A DNA stretch of 63,427 bases, the filler included. It is 10 parts of 10 records of this genome, joined end to end, with 100 filler letters (N's around TTAATTAATTAA, not from the genome) between each part and the next. Parts side by side here need not be neighbours in the genome. Positions count along the whole stretch, not along the records: positions 1 to 5,229 come from SRR31156797_56803; positions 5,330 to 11,107 come from SRR31156797_56809; 8 more parts are not named here. One strand, given 5' to 3'. The notes under the pieces are model-generated. The model saw nothing but the letters and a program-made list of their open reading frames with translations, made no database searches and had not been told where the DNA came from. This document shows, one piece after another, positions 1-9,620 of this stretch (the first letter of the stretch is position 1; every line of letters begins with the position of its first letter). Position numbers and translations under genes: made by a program.

Positions 1-190
1 ACTCTCCATAAAAAAGGGGTTGACCCGGTCTTCACTTTCGGCAGCTTCATAATGTTCTCCTGATTTTGTCTATTCCCTTTTGCAAACGCCCACCCAAGGG
101 GTCGGAACAACCCAAGGCAGAAAAAAAGCATTGCCCTGCCAAGACCGGCTATGATCTTTCTTCGTTCTTTAGATTTTTCCATTTGACCTT

Positions 191-982
191 TCATTCGTCT
201 TCCGGTCCGTATTCAATCTCGTATTTGTCGCAGAATTGCTCCGTAATTTGCCAAAGCTCTTCTGTCAGGCACGCCTTTACCTTTTTCAGGATGTGGGGGG
301 CAACAGGGCCGTAGTAGGCTTCGGCAATGCCTCCTGTGATGCAGGCAAGGGTGTCGCTGTCACCTCCCAGGGAAATTGCGTTGCGTACAGCGTCCTCATA
401 GGAGTCTGAGTCCAAAAAGGCAATAATGGCCTCCGGCACGGTGCCCTGGCATGAAATATCAAATTTGTAGGAAGGTCTGATCTCTTCCACGGTGCGATGG
501 AGATCGTAGCCGAACCGACGGACCACTTCTTTTCTGATCAGGGCCTTGTCCTGTTCTGTCCTTGCGAGGTAGACGCTCAACGCCGTCGCCTGTGCTCCTT
601 TCACACCTTCTGGATGGTTATGGGAGATCTCCGCCGTACGTGCGGCCTCCCGGAGGACCGTGTCAACCGAGTCAAAGGCAAATCCCACCGGACTGACCCG
701 CATGGCGGATCCGTTGCCCCAGCTGTTGTAGGGTTCCGGGGCTGCTGAATGAAGCCAATGGATGAAGGTCCCACCGTATCCGGCGTTGGGATACTTTCTG
801 CCGATTTCCCGTACAGCCTTTAAATAATCCCCGTCCTCCAATATGGCCTTTGCAATGGCAATGGTAAGGACCGTATCATCCGTAAACCGGCACTCCGGAT
901 GGAAAAGGGGAAACGCTTTTGTCTTGATCGGAAATTGTTCGTAAACCGATCCGATGATGTCTCCGGCGATTGCGCCAATCAT
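191..982 (-). CDS. ADP-ribosylglycohydrolase family protein
   Basis: GAIAGDIIGS, FTDDT, SWGNGSAMR, SHNHPEG and GGDSDT motifs typical of the DraG/ARH family. Confidence 0.93.
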   Translation of the reverse strand: MIGAIAGDIIGSVYEQFPIKTKAFPLFHPECRFTDDTVLTIAIAKAILEDGDYLKAVREIGRKYPNAGYGGTFIHWLHSAAPEPYNSWGNGSAMRVSPVGFAFDSVDTVLREAARTAEISHNHPEGVKGAQATALSVYLARTEQDKALIRKEVVRRFGYDLHRTVEEIRPSYKFDISCQGTVPEAIIAFLDSDSYEDAVRNAISLGGDSDTLACITGGIAEAYYGPVAPHILKKVKACLTEELWQITEQFCDKYEIEYGPEDE

Positions 983-1109
983 TCCTTACCCCCCCTGTAG
1001 ATATGAAACGCACAGGCTTTAACCAGAGCGTTTCCCCTTGACAAAACTTATCATGGATGTTCTGTCCCCAGAATTTCCCAAAAAAATCAGAAATACTGAA
1101 CCCCAATTT

Positions 1110-1484
1110 TTAATCAAAGAAACCCACAAAATTAAGCAGACCTATAAAAGCTAATGGTACCCCTGAAGATAAAAACAGCACATAAAAAATGGTGGCCAAT
1201 ATCCTATCAAATTTATTGGTGTGTTTTTTAAATGTGTCTTTATCAGCGTGAAGTGCGGATAGCGGACTATTTTTGAGTTTTCGGGCTATAGAATTTGGTA
1301 ATGCTAACGCTTGCGCTGCATTAAGGATTTCCCACCCGCTAATAAACTCAATCCCCAGTTTATCTTTGGTTTTTGGATTCTTTCTAAGTTTGCGCACTGT
1401 GATTTGACCAAATAATATAAAGATAATTGAAGCAATAAAACCTATGGCCAAAGCTATTATTAGTATTGTGTCAAATATATTCAT
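1110..1484 (-). CDS. Two-TM putative immunity protein (second, orphan copy)
   Basis: From ATG 1484 it is 124 aa, the same length as its clear paralog 1661..2035 (FGQITVRKLRKNP, SGW.I.N.AQAL.LP, HT..FDRIL). Confidence 0.7.
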   Translation of the reverse strand: MNIFDTILIIALAIGFIASIIFILFGQITVRKLRKNPKTKDKLGIEFISGWEILNAAQALALPNSIARKLKNSPLSALHADKDTFKKHTNKFDRILATIFYVLFLSSGVPLAFIGLLNFVGFFD

Positions 1485-1660
1485 AATGAGCCTGCCTTTG
1501 ATGATTTTATCTTGTTTCATCATTTTACCGAAGGTCGATTGAGAAAGGCGTATGAGGGGTCTATATTGGAAATGTTCCCTATCGGTAACAAATCGTCAAA
1601 AGTCATTAAGTATCATGTTCCCAGAATTGTCGAAAAATTCGATTTCTCTCGAAATTGATG

Positions 1661-2035
1661 CTATTTAAATACCCCCAGAACATCAAGAAGGGCCAGAAAA
1701 CCAAATGATAGCCCTGAAGATAAAAAAAGCAAATAAAAAGCTGTCCCTAATATTCGATCGAATCTATTGGTGTGCTGTTTTAATATGTCTTTGTCTGCAT
1801 GAAGTACGGATAAGGGGCTATTTTTGAGTTTGCGAGTTATAAAGTTCGGCAATGTCAATGCTTGCGCCACATTAATAATATCCCAGCCGCTCATGAACTC
1901 AAGACCTAATTCATCTTTGGTCTCAGGGTTCTTCCTGAGTTTACGTACTGTGATCTGACCGAACAAAACACATGTAATTAAAGCAAAAAAACCAACAATG
2001 CTAACAATAGCTAATAGTGTGGAAAGTAAACTCAT
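1661..2035 (-). CDS. Two-TM putative immunity protein
   Basis: N- and C-terminal hydrophobic helices; ATGA overlap with the upstream toxin-like gene; AT-rich. Confidence 0.7.
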   Translation of the reverse strand: MSLLSTLLAIVSIVGFFALITCVLFGQITVRKLRKNPETKDELGLEFMSGWDIINVAQALTLPNFITRKLKNSPLSVLHADKDILKQHTNRFDRILGTAFYLLFLSSGLSFGFLALLDVLGVFK

Positions 2036-3009
2036 AATGTACCCACCGTTGACATAATTTTGTCATACCAAATTCCACTATTTTTTTGGAATTGAGTATT
2101 TACCCACGTTGAGGCACATGCGGCTGTTCCTGCAACGATGGCTCCACAGATGATTAAACCTATCCAAGTTACGGGTGTGGCAGCTACAAGGATGGTAAGT
2201 GCTGCACTTCCTACGTTTACAAAAGCCGTGCCCGTAAGGGCGCTGGCGGCAAAGCTGCTGGATTCGATGAATAATTCGCGTTCCCAGTTCTCGCCTGTTC
2301 GGTAGCTGTTGTGTATGTTGCCCACACGGCTTCCAAAATCGATGACCGCCATTCCGTTGCCAAGATGTTTCAGGTTTTTGCTCAGCATGACAAGGTTGTT
2401 GGCCTGGACCTGGCTGGAGATATTCAGTTTGGTTGCCCGCCGGCTGCTTTTTGCAATATTCAGTCCTCTTTTGACATTGGTCAAAGGAGTGCCTTTGCGG
2501 GATTTGGATTGTGCCGTTATTGAGGCCAGGGTGTACCGAAAACGGGTCTGCATGTTTTCAAAGGCTGCCCGTGCATTCCTTTCGGCTTGAGCGCTGGCCA
2601 CTGGATTGGTTTTTAGGATTTTCCGGTATTCCATGAGTGCTTGCTGGTATTTTTTTACGGATTCAATGAAAGCGTCGACCCGATTGGCGTAAACGCTGAT
2701 GGATGCCCCTAAGGGGCCTGGCCCGTGTTTCTGTAATATTGCGAACATCTCGGCAAGGGCGGTGACATTCTCCTCCCCCAGAGAGAGGGACAGGTCGGTG
2801 AGGTTGCGGGCGATTGTCCATGGTGCGAGCTGGTTGAGCAGGCTTTCACCGACATAGGGAGATTTGAGTCCGACTCGGTATGGGGTGTGGGGTTTGAGTG
2901 TGGTGGGCTTGGCCCCGGCAATGCCTGTGATTTCGTTGCCGTTGACGCCCAGGTCTTGTGCCAGTGATTCTGTTTGCATGGGTTCCTTGCATAAAACTAA
3001 TTCTAACAT
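2032..3009 (-). CDS. Putative pore-forming (colicin-like) toxin/effector
   Basis: Basic helical middle and C-terminal hydrophobic hairpin (AALTILVAATPVTWIGLIICGAIVAGTAA); followed by small membrane paralogs. Confidence 0.55.
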   Translation of the reverse strand: MLELVLCKEPMQTESLAQDLGVNGNEITGIAGAKPTTLKPHTPYRVGLKSPYVGESLLNQLAPWTIARNLTDLSLSLGEENVTALAEMFAILQKHGPGPLGASISVYANRVDAFIESVKKYQQALMEYRKILKTNPVASAQAERNARAAFENMQTRFRYTLASITAQSKSRKGTPLTNVKRGLNIAKSSRRATKLNISSQVQANNLVMLSKNLKHLGNGMAVIDFGSRVGNIHNSYRTGENWERELFIESSSFAASALTGTAFVNVGSAALTILVAATPVTWIGLIICGAIVAGTAACASTWVNTQFQKNSGIWYDKIMSTVGTL

Positions 3010-3244
3010 TTTGAGTCCCCTTGGGTTGATTGAGATTAATGGTTCTATTGTTTGGACAATAGGGTTTTCTCAACAAACAGGGATCGGCGTGACGTGCGGA
3101 TCGCCGGCGCTCTTTGGTTGTACGGGATTCGGGCATTGGCAACGCTGAAGCTTACGCTACACCGGAAATCTCCCAACCGCAAACGAACTCGGGATGTTCT
3201 GTTGACGCAAAAAAATACTTGAAAATCAGGATGTGAATTCATGA

Positions 3245-3273
3245 ATTATAATGAACTGCCGATACTCTGTCAA
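3245..3273 (-). promoter_or_regulatory. Consensus sigma70 promoter for the toxin-immunity unit
   Basis: Minus strand reads TTGACA-17 nt-TATAAT exactly. Confidence 0.75.
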
Positions 3274-3553
3274 CAACGCTTGACCTTGTATCTGTGAATG
3301 GATTCCGGACCCAATATTTGTTTGACATGGGGTGGCATGGCGTATTTTGGTGCATATGGGGGTTTGCCGTCAATGGAAAATCGTGGTAAAACAGATGGAC
3401 CTGTAAAAGATATGGGGTGCAAAGGAGCGTTGGATGGATAGGGATGGGGGTCATTGTGCTGGTACAATTTTGCTGGGGCTGATCATGCAAAACGGTGTAT
3501 TGAAAGGTTGGGTAACAGTGATCAGGGATTTTAAAAGAAAGGCTGTATCTTAA

Positions 3554-5044
3554 ATGGTTGAAAGAGAACTGGACAAGGTGCTCAGGGAACAAACCCTTGA
3601 ACATCTGGGGTTCAGCCCTGATGTGCCGGGGTTTAATGTCAGTATTGCCGCCTTTTCATGTATTTACCTGATACGGAAACGGGAAAAGGAAATTTCCTGT
3701 TCCCAGGGGGGTGCCCCTGAACGGTATACCAGCGAATCCCTTTATGACGAGCTTTCGGACATCGGGGTTGTTGGCGATGATATTGATGAGATCCTGGGCC
3801 AGATACAGGCTGAAGAGTATATCTCCGTTGATGATGAGGACAGGTACTATTCAGAGAAGCTGTCTCAGATCCTGGTTTCGGTATTCAGCCTTGTGTATCC
3901 GACCATGAAAGGGTTGTTGCTGGTTGCGTATTTTACCCAGACCGCTGAAGAGGTGAAGTCCTTTCGAAAGACCCTGGAGGAAGCGATCCGGCAGGTGGAG
4001 CACATCCTGGCAAGTCAGGGTGAGGACCTGAACCTGAATGAAATATCCGACGGTTACAGGCTTGCACTGAAAAAAATTGCTTTTCATCTCCGTGAAACCA
4101 TCCAGGACATCCAGCCCGGCAGCGCCTCATTCCGGGCTATCTTCAAAGAACGGGCAATAAAAAGAGATAAGACCATCGATCATATTGCAAAGAGTATGAG
4201 AGAGAAGGGAGAGCTGCCCGTGCTTCCCCTTAACGGCAAATACCTCAAGCAGCAGATGGGGCGGTCTTTATACGCCACGGCGGATATTTCTGAAATCATC
4301 ATCAGTGATGTGGCCATGACCGTGAATCTCTTGAAGATGGTCAACCGGAAGAAGAAGGGGCGGCCCGTTGGAACCGTATCACATGCCATCATGCTCATTG
4401 GCCATGAAGTGCTGAAAAAAAAGGTCGATGAGTTTGTCACCCTGGAGGATGTCGATGATGCCGGTCTGAGAAAGGAGCTGGAATATATTTTTGTCAGTTC
4501 CTACATGAGCAACAGCATTGCCAGGAATTATGCCATCAAGGCGGATGTGAAGGACACGGAAGAGGTGTGTATCAGTTCCATGATCCATAACATGGGGCAG
4601 ATGCTTGTCCTGTATTATTATCCGGAAGCGTACTATGAAATAAAAAACATGGTGGGTAAGGATTGCAGCAAGCGAAAAGCCGCCAGAAACGTCATTGGAA
4701 CCACCTACGATCATATTGGGATCCATTTTGCCAGGGAATGGAATTTCCCGTTCATCACCATCGAAAGTCTTCGGGTATGTTACTTCAACCGTATCGGAAC
4801 CACCAAGGATAACCTCGTTGTCAACCTTCCCTTCTGTTCGGCGGAGTTGTGCGCCTTTACCGGAGGTATCCTTGACCGCAAGCAGACCGTCCGGCTGAGG
4901 GGGCTCATTAACAGTTTGAACATGTTTTCCAGGGATCTATCCGTTTTGCTTGAGAAAGCCTGGACGGATGTTCAATCCTTTTCAAAGAAGCAGAAGATTC
5001 CCATCTCCAAGCGTGACCTGTCTGAAATTGCCGCGGCAGGGTGA
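3554..5044 (+). CDS. HDOD-domain signal-transduction protein
   Basis: C-terminal ELPVLP, D.AMTVNLLKMVN, TVSHAIMLIG, HNMGQ and EWNFP motifs; N-terminal region unrecognised. Confidence 0.8.
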   Translation: MVERELDKVLREQTLEHLGFSPDVPGFNVSIAAFSCIYLIRKREKEISCSQGGAPERYTSESLYDELSDIGVVGDDIDEILGQIQAEEYISVDDEDRYYSEKLSQILVSVFSLVYPTMKGLLLVAYFTQTAEEVKSFRKTLEEAIRQVEHILASQGEDLNLNEISDGYRLALKKIAFHLRETIQDIQPGSASFRAIFKERAIKRDKTIDHIAKSMREKGELPVLPLNGKYLKQQMGRSLYATADISEIIISDVAMTVNLLKMVNRKKKGRPVGTVSHAIMLIGHEVLKKKVDEFVTLEDVDDAGLRKELEYIFVSSYMSNSIARNYAIKADVKDTEEVCISSMIHNMGQMLVLYYYPEAYYEIKNMVGKDCSKRKAARNVIGTTYDHIGIHFAREWNFPFITIESLRVCYFNRIGTTKDNLVVNLPFCSAELCAFTGGILDRKQTVRLRGLINSLNMFSRDLSVLLEKAWTDVQSFSKKQKIPISKRDLSEIAAAG

Positions 5045-5169
5045 TCCCGCATTCTGCAGGCTTGCCGTATTCCGCCTGTAAATAAGTTTTAAATTCTGAA
5101 ATCTTCCTTTGGGGATGGTCCACCATGTTTTTGTATGTGACGGGTGGGGGAGGGGAGTGTTGAAACTAA

Positions 5170-5206
5170 AAAAGGGTTTATAATTGCAATAATTATAAAC
5201 CCTTTT
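5170..5206. terminator. 16-bp inverted repeat, probable terminator downstream of the tRNA
   Basis: aaaagggtttataatt-gcaat-aattataaaccctttt. Confidence 0.65.
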
Positions 5207-5212
5207 AAAATC

Positions 5213-5229
5213 TGGTGCCCAGGAACAGA
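5213..5229 (-). tRNA. 3' end of a tRNA (probably tRNA-Phe), truncated by contig end
   Basis: Minus strand TCTGTTCCTGGGCACCA matches T-stem 3' arm, acceptor stem and CCA; anticodon not visible. Confidence 0.6.
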
Positions 5230-5329
5230 NNNNNNNNNNNNNNNNNNNNNNNNNNNNNNNNNNNNNNNNNNNNTTAATTAATTAANNNNNNNNNNNNNNN
5301 NNNNNNNNNNNNNNNNNNNNNNNNNNNNN
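5230..5329. other. Artificial contig spacer (also 11108-11207, 17780-17879, 25214-25313, 32553-32652, 37773-37872, 43669-43768, 49799-49898, 56728-56827)
   Basis: Identical N-run/TTAATTAATTAA/N-run; composition and gene content change abruptly at each. Confidence 0.98.
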
Positions 5330-5496
5330 CTTTATAGGGAGTGGAAAGCAAAGGAGTAATACTATATATTCTTCTTTTAAAAACTTCGTATCAAAAAGTT
5401 ACATTTTATATGTAGCTTTTTTTCATTTATATTACATAAAGTAACTCTAACCATTGTTATGGTATCTTAAAAAACTAATTAAATATAGGAATAAAA

Positions 5497-6441
5497 ATGT
5501 TAAACCGACGTGTAGGAATTGTAGGAGCAGGTTCAGTTGGAGCTTCAGCAGCTTTTAGCTTAGCGATCACTGGATCATGTAACGAAATCATACTATTTGA
5601 TATAGCAACAGATATTGCTATAGGAAAAGCTATTGATCTAGAGCAGTCAACAAACTTTTCACCTAGTGGTACTATAGTAAAAGCGGCCACTGCTCCAGAT
5701 GAGCTTAAAGATTGTGATATTGTTGTGATCACAGCAGGAGTTCCAAGAACTGGAGATATGACACGAGAAGATCTATTATTGATTAATGCAAAGATCATGA
5801 AAGATGTTGTAGGAAATATACAAAAATATTCTCCTAAAGCTATTATTATCTGTGTTTCAAATCCACTTGATGTGATGACTTATGTTTGTCATAAAATGAC
5901 TGGATGGCAAAGAAACAGAATCATAGGGATGGCAGGAGCATTAGATAGTTCAAGAATGGCTTATCAAATCAGCCAAAAACTTGGTTTTGGAAGAGCTCAA
6001 ACAAGAGCTATGGTGATTGGAGATCATGGAGAAAATATGATCCCTGTACCATCACTTTCTTCGGTTGGAGGAGTACCTTTAACAGAACTTCTTACAAAAG
6101 AAGAGCTTGAAGAGATAGTTTATAATACGAAACATGGTGGTGCTCAAATCGTAAAACATCTAGGTACTAGTGCTTATTATGCACCAGGACGTGGAGTTGC
6201 TGTAATGGTTGAAGCAATTTTAAATGATAGTAAAATCATGATCCCATCATCTTGTCTTTTAGATGGAGAATATGGATATGATAATATTACAGTAGGAGTT
6301 CCAGCAGTAATTGGTAAAAACGGGGTTGAAAAAATTATTGAGATGGATTTAGATAGTGAACTTCAATCAAAATTCAAACAATCGATCGACACCATTCAAA
6401 ATGGGGTTTCAATCTTAGAAAAAAACAATTTTTTTAACTAA
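5497..6441 (+). CDS. mdh: Malate dehydrogenase (LDH-like)
   Basis: GAGSVG Rossmann motif, TAGVPR..MTREDLL, SNPLD, LDSSR, IGDHGE. Confidence 0.93.
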   Translation: MLNRRVGIVGAGSVGASAAFSLAITGSCNEIILFDIATDIAIGKAIDLEQSTNFSPSGTIVKAATAPDELKDCDIVVITAGVPRTGDMTREDLLLINAKIMKDVVGNIQKYSPKAIIICVSNPLDVMTYVCHKMTGWQRNRIIGMAGALDSSRMAYQISQKLGFGRAQTRAMVIGDHGENMIPVPSLSSVGGVPLTELLTKEELEEIVYNTKHGGAQIVKHLGTSAYYAPGRGVAVMVEAILNDSKIMIPSSCLLDGEYGYDNITVGVPAVIGKNGVEKIIEMDLDSELQSKFKQSIDTIQNGVSILEKNNFFN

Positions 6442-6457
6442 GAATACGGAGTAAAAA

Positions 6458-7309
6458 ATGAGAACAATACAATTTGAAGAGATAGTAAAAGCAGTAAGAG
6501 ATATTATCGTACATTGTGGAACTGATCTTCCACAAGATGCTTATGATGCTTTAAAAAATGCAATGGAAGAGGAAAAGTCACCTGTAAGTAAAGAGGTTTT
6601 ACGACAGATCTTAGAAAATGCAGATATTGCAAAAGATGAAAAAAGACCGCTTTGTCAAGATACTGGCCTTGCTGTATTTTTTGTAAAAGTTGGTGATGAA
6701 GTAAAAGTTGAAGGTGGTCTTTTAAAAGATGCTATCAATAAGGGAACTGAGCAAGGATATACTGATGCCTACCTTAGAGCTTCTACTTGTGAGCCTTTTT
6801 CTCGAGCGAATCTAAAAGATAAAATAGGATATAACCTTCCAGCAATTATTCACTTTGATATAGTAGCTGGAGATAAAATTGATATCGAATATGCTGCAAA
6901 AGGTGGAGGAAGTGAAAATGTAAGCCGTGCTACAGTTTTACCACCAGCAGCTGGAAAAGATGGAATCGTAGAATATGTAAAAGAGGTGATCTCAAATGCT
7001 GGACCAAATCCATGTCCTCCTATTACTGTTGGTGTTGGAATTGGTGGAACTTTTGAAAAAGCTGCAATCAGTTCTAAACATGCACTTTTTAGAACATTAG
7101 GTTCAAACAATGAAGATCCTGAAATGGGAGAACTAGAGAAAAGAATCTTAACAGAGATCAATAATCTTGGAATCGGTGCTATGGGTATGGGTGGAACAAA
7201 AACAGCACTTGCAGTTCATATTGAAGCTAACCCATGTCATATCGCTTCATTACCAGTTTCAGTAAACGTTCAGTGTCATAGTTCAAGACATACACATATT
7301 ACAATATAA
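6458..7309 (+). CDS. Fe-S fumarate hydratase, alpha subunit
   Basis: PLCQDTG, KGGGSEN, GPNPCPP, PCHIASLPV motifs; TCA context. Confidence 0.92.
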   Translation: MRTIQFEEIVKAVRDIIVHCGTDLPQDAYDALKNAMEEEKSPVSKEVLRQILENADIAKDEKRPLCQDTGLAVFFVKVGDEVKVEGGLLKDAINKGTEQGYTDAYLRASTCEPFSRANLKDKIGYNLPAIIHFDIVAGDKIDIEYAAKGGGSENVSRATVLPPAAGKDGIVEYVKEVISNAGPNPCPPITVGVGIGGTFEKAAISSKHALFRTLGSNNEDPEMGELEKRILTEINNLGIGAMGMGGTKTALAVHIEANPCHIASLPVSVNVQCHSSRHTHITI

Positions 7310-7319
7310 GGAAAAGATT

Positions 7320-7877
7320 ATGAGTCAAACATATAATTTTACTACTCCATTAACAGAAGAGCAAACAAGAGGATTAAAAGCTGGAGATATTGTATATTTA
7401 AGTGGTACTATCTATACTGCAAGGGATGCAGCACATAAAAGATTAGTTGATCTAATTGAAGCTGGTGAAGAGCTTCCTTTTGACCTTGAAGGAAGTGTGA
7501 TCTACTTTGTAGGGCCAACTCCTCCAAAACCAGGTGATCCTATTGGAAGTGCAGGCCCTACAACATCATATAGAATGGATAGCTATTCTCCAACTATGCT
7601 AAAGTATGGAAGTAAAGGGATGATAGGAAAAGGGAAAAGAAATCAAGATGTAAAAGATGCTTGTAAAGAGTATGGTGGAATTTACTTTGGAGCAACAGGA
7701 GGAGCTGGTGCACTTTTAGGAAAACAGATCAAATCTGCTGAAGTGATCGCTTATCCAGAGCTTGGTCCAGAAGCTGTTAGAAAACTTGAAGTTGATAATT
7801 TTCCAGTAACAGTGATCAATGACACCTATGGAAATGACCTTTATCAAATGGGTCGTGAACAATATGAAGTGAAGTAA
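7320..7877 (+). CDS. Fe-S fumarate hydratase, beta subunit
   Basis: TARDAAHKR, GPTTSYRMD, GMIGKG motifs. Confidence 0.92.
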   Translation: MSQTYNFTTPLTEEQTRGLKAGDIVYLSGTIYTARDAAHKRLVDLIEAGEELPFDLEGSVIYFVGPTPPKPGDPIGSAGPTTSYRMDSYSPTMLKYGSKGMIGKGKRNQDVKDACKEYGGIYFGATGGAGALLGKQIKSAEVIAYPELGPEAVRKLEVDNFPVTVINDTYGNDLYQMGREQYEVK

Positions 7878-8029
7878 GTTCTACTTACTCCACTTAAAAT
7901 CACTCCAAATACCAACTTCCTTTCAATCACATCTCAAAATAACAAAACCAATCTATATTAAAAACTTAATATAGCCTTTATTTACTTTCTATTAGAATTT
8001 CTTATAAATCTTTACAAAAAGGATCCCCT

Positions 8030-8302
8030 ATGAAACTTTTCGTTACATCTTTTTTCGCTCTCTTTTTTAGCTCAATAGTATATGCTTCAGATGGAAAAGA
8101 GCTTTATATAGAAGCCAACTGCCAGAAGTGTCACGGTGTTGACAATGAATATGATCCTAAGAAGTCTAAAGCAAAAAGCCTAAAGGACCTTAAAGGATGG
8201 GTTACTAATTGTGCAGTACATTTTAATATTGGATGGTTTCCAGAGGAACAACAAAATGTAGTAAAGTATCTAAACGAAACACATTACAAGTTCAGAAACT
8301 AA
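8030..8302 (+). CDS. Monoheme cytochrome c
   Basis: Signal peptide and CQKCH heme-binding motif. Confidence 0.85.
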   Translation: MKLFVTSFFALFFSSIVYASDGKELYIEANCQKCHGVDNEYDPKKSKAKSLKDLKGWVTNCAVHFNIGWFPEEQQNVVKYLNETHYKFRN

Positions 8303-8303
8303 A

Positions 8304-8328
8304 GAATAGTATCAAAATGATACTATTC
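8304..8328. repeat. Perfect 11-bp inverted repeat (terminator or operator)
   Basis: gaatagtatca-aaa-tgatactattc. Confidence 0.6.
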
Positions 8329-8433
8329 GTAACTATTCTTTTCAATTAAAATTCTAATTTACGCTTCTCTTACAAAAATCAAATCACTAACCCGCTATAA
8401 TTGTATAAATTCAAATCTTATATAGGAGAAATG

Positions 8434-9606
8434 ATGAATATTCATGAGTATCAAGCAAAAGAGATTTTTGCTAAATATGGTGTACCTACGCCAAAAGGTT
8501 TAGTAGCGAATACACCACAACAAGCTGTAGCAGCAGCTCACCAGCTTGGTGGAAATATTTGGGTTGTAAAAGCACAGATCCATGCGGGTGGTAGAGGACT
8601 TGGTGGAGGTGTAAAAGTTGCCAAATCAATTGAAGAAGTTGAAAAATATGCTGGTGATATTTTACATATGAATCTTGTGACTCATCAAACTGGACCTGAG
8701 GGGAAAACAGTTCAAAAAGTATATATTGAAGAGGGAGCTGATATTCAAGATGAATTTTACCTTGGTATCGTTTTAGATAGAGCTTTAGAAAAGCCTGTAA
8801 TCATGGCTTCAACTGAAGGTGGTATGGAGATTGAAAAAGTAGCAGAAGAATCTCCTGAAAAAATCATTAAAGTTCCAGTTGACCCTGCTATTGGATTTCA
8901 AGGATTTCATGGTAGAGATCTTGTATTTGGTCTACATATCACAGATAAAAAAGAGCAAGCAAAACTAATAGATTTTGCAAAAAAACTTTATACAGTATAT
9001 ATGGAAACTGATGCAGAGCTTATCGAAATCAACCCACTAGTAAAAACTGGAAGTGGTGATTTTATTGCACTTGATGGAAAAATGGGATTTGATGATTCAG
9101 CATTAGGAAGACATCCAGAAATCGAATATATGAGAGATATCACTGAAGAGGATCCAGATGAAAGAGAAGCATCTCAATATGGACTTTCGTATGTATCACT
9201 TGATGGTGAGATCGGTTGTATGGTAAATGGTGCTGGTCTTGCAATGGGTACTATGGATACTATTAACTATATGGGTGGAACACCTGCAAACTTCCTTGAT
9301 GTTGGTGGAAAAGCAAATGCTGAGACTGTTGCAAAAGGGTTTGAGATCATCTTAAAAAATAAAAATGTAAAAGCTATTTTTGTAAATATCTTTGGTGGAA
9401 TCGTAAGATGTGATAGAATTGCAAATGGTATCTTAGAAGCTACAAAAATGGTAGATGTAAATGTACCAGTAATAGTGCGACTTGATGGAACAAATGCACC
9501 AGAAGCAGCTGAGATCTTAAAAAATGCAAACATAGATAATGTAATCGCTGCAACTGATCTTGCAGATGGTGCTGCAAAAGCTGTTGAAGCTGCAAAAAAA
9601 GCGTAA
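8434..9606 (+). CDS. sucC: Succinyl-CoA synthetase beta subunit
   Basis: MNIHEYQAKE, KAQIHAGGRG, VNGAGLAM, NIFGGIVRCD. Confidence 0.96.
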   Translation: MNIHEYQAKEIFAKYGVPTPKGLVANTPQQAVAAAHQLGGNIWVVKAQIHAGGRGLGGGVKVAKSIEEVEKYAGDILHMNLVTHQTGPEGKTVQKVYIEEGADIQDEFYLGIVLDRALEKPVIMASTEGGMEIEKVAEESPEKIIKVPVDPAIGFQGFHGRDLVFGLHITDKKEQAKLIDFAKKLYTVYMETDAELIEINPLVKTGSGDFIALDGKMGFDDSALGRHPEIEYMRDITEEDPDEREASQYGLSYVSLDGEIGCMVNGAGLAMGTMDTINYMGGTPANFLDVGGKANAETVAKGFEIILKNKNVKAIFVNIFGGIVRCDRIANGILEATKMVDVNVPVIVRLDGTNAPEAAEILKNANIDNVIAATDLADGAAKAVEAAKKA

Positions 9607-9620
9607 GGAGAGTTTAGAAA

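Noticed and set aside
191-982. ADP-ribosylglycohydrolase as immunity for the neighbouring toxin
   Set aside because: The toxin-like ORF looks pore-forming, not ADP-ribosylating; no evidence of functional linkage beyond adjacency
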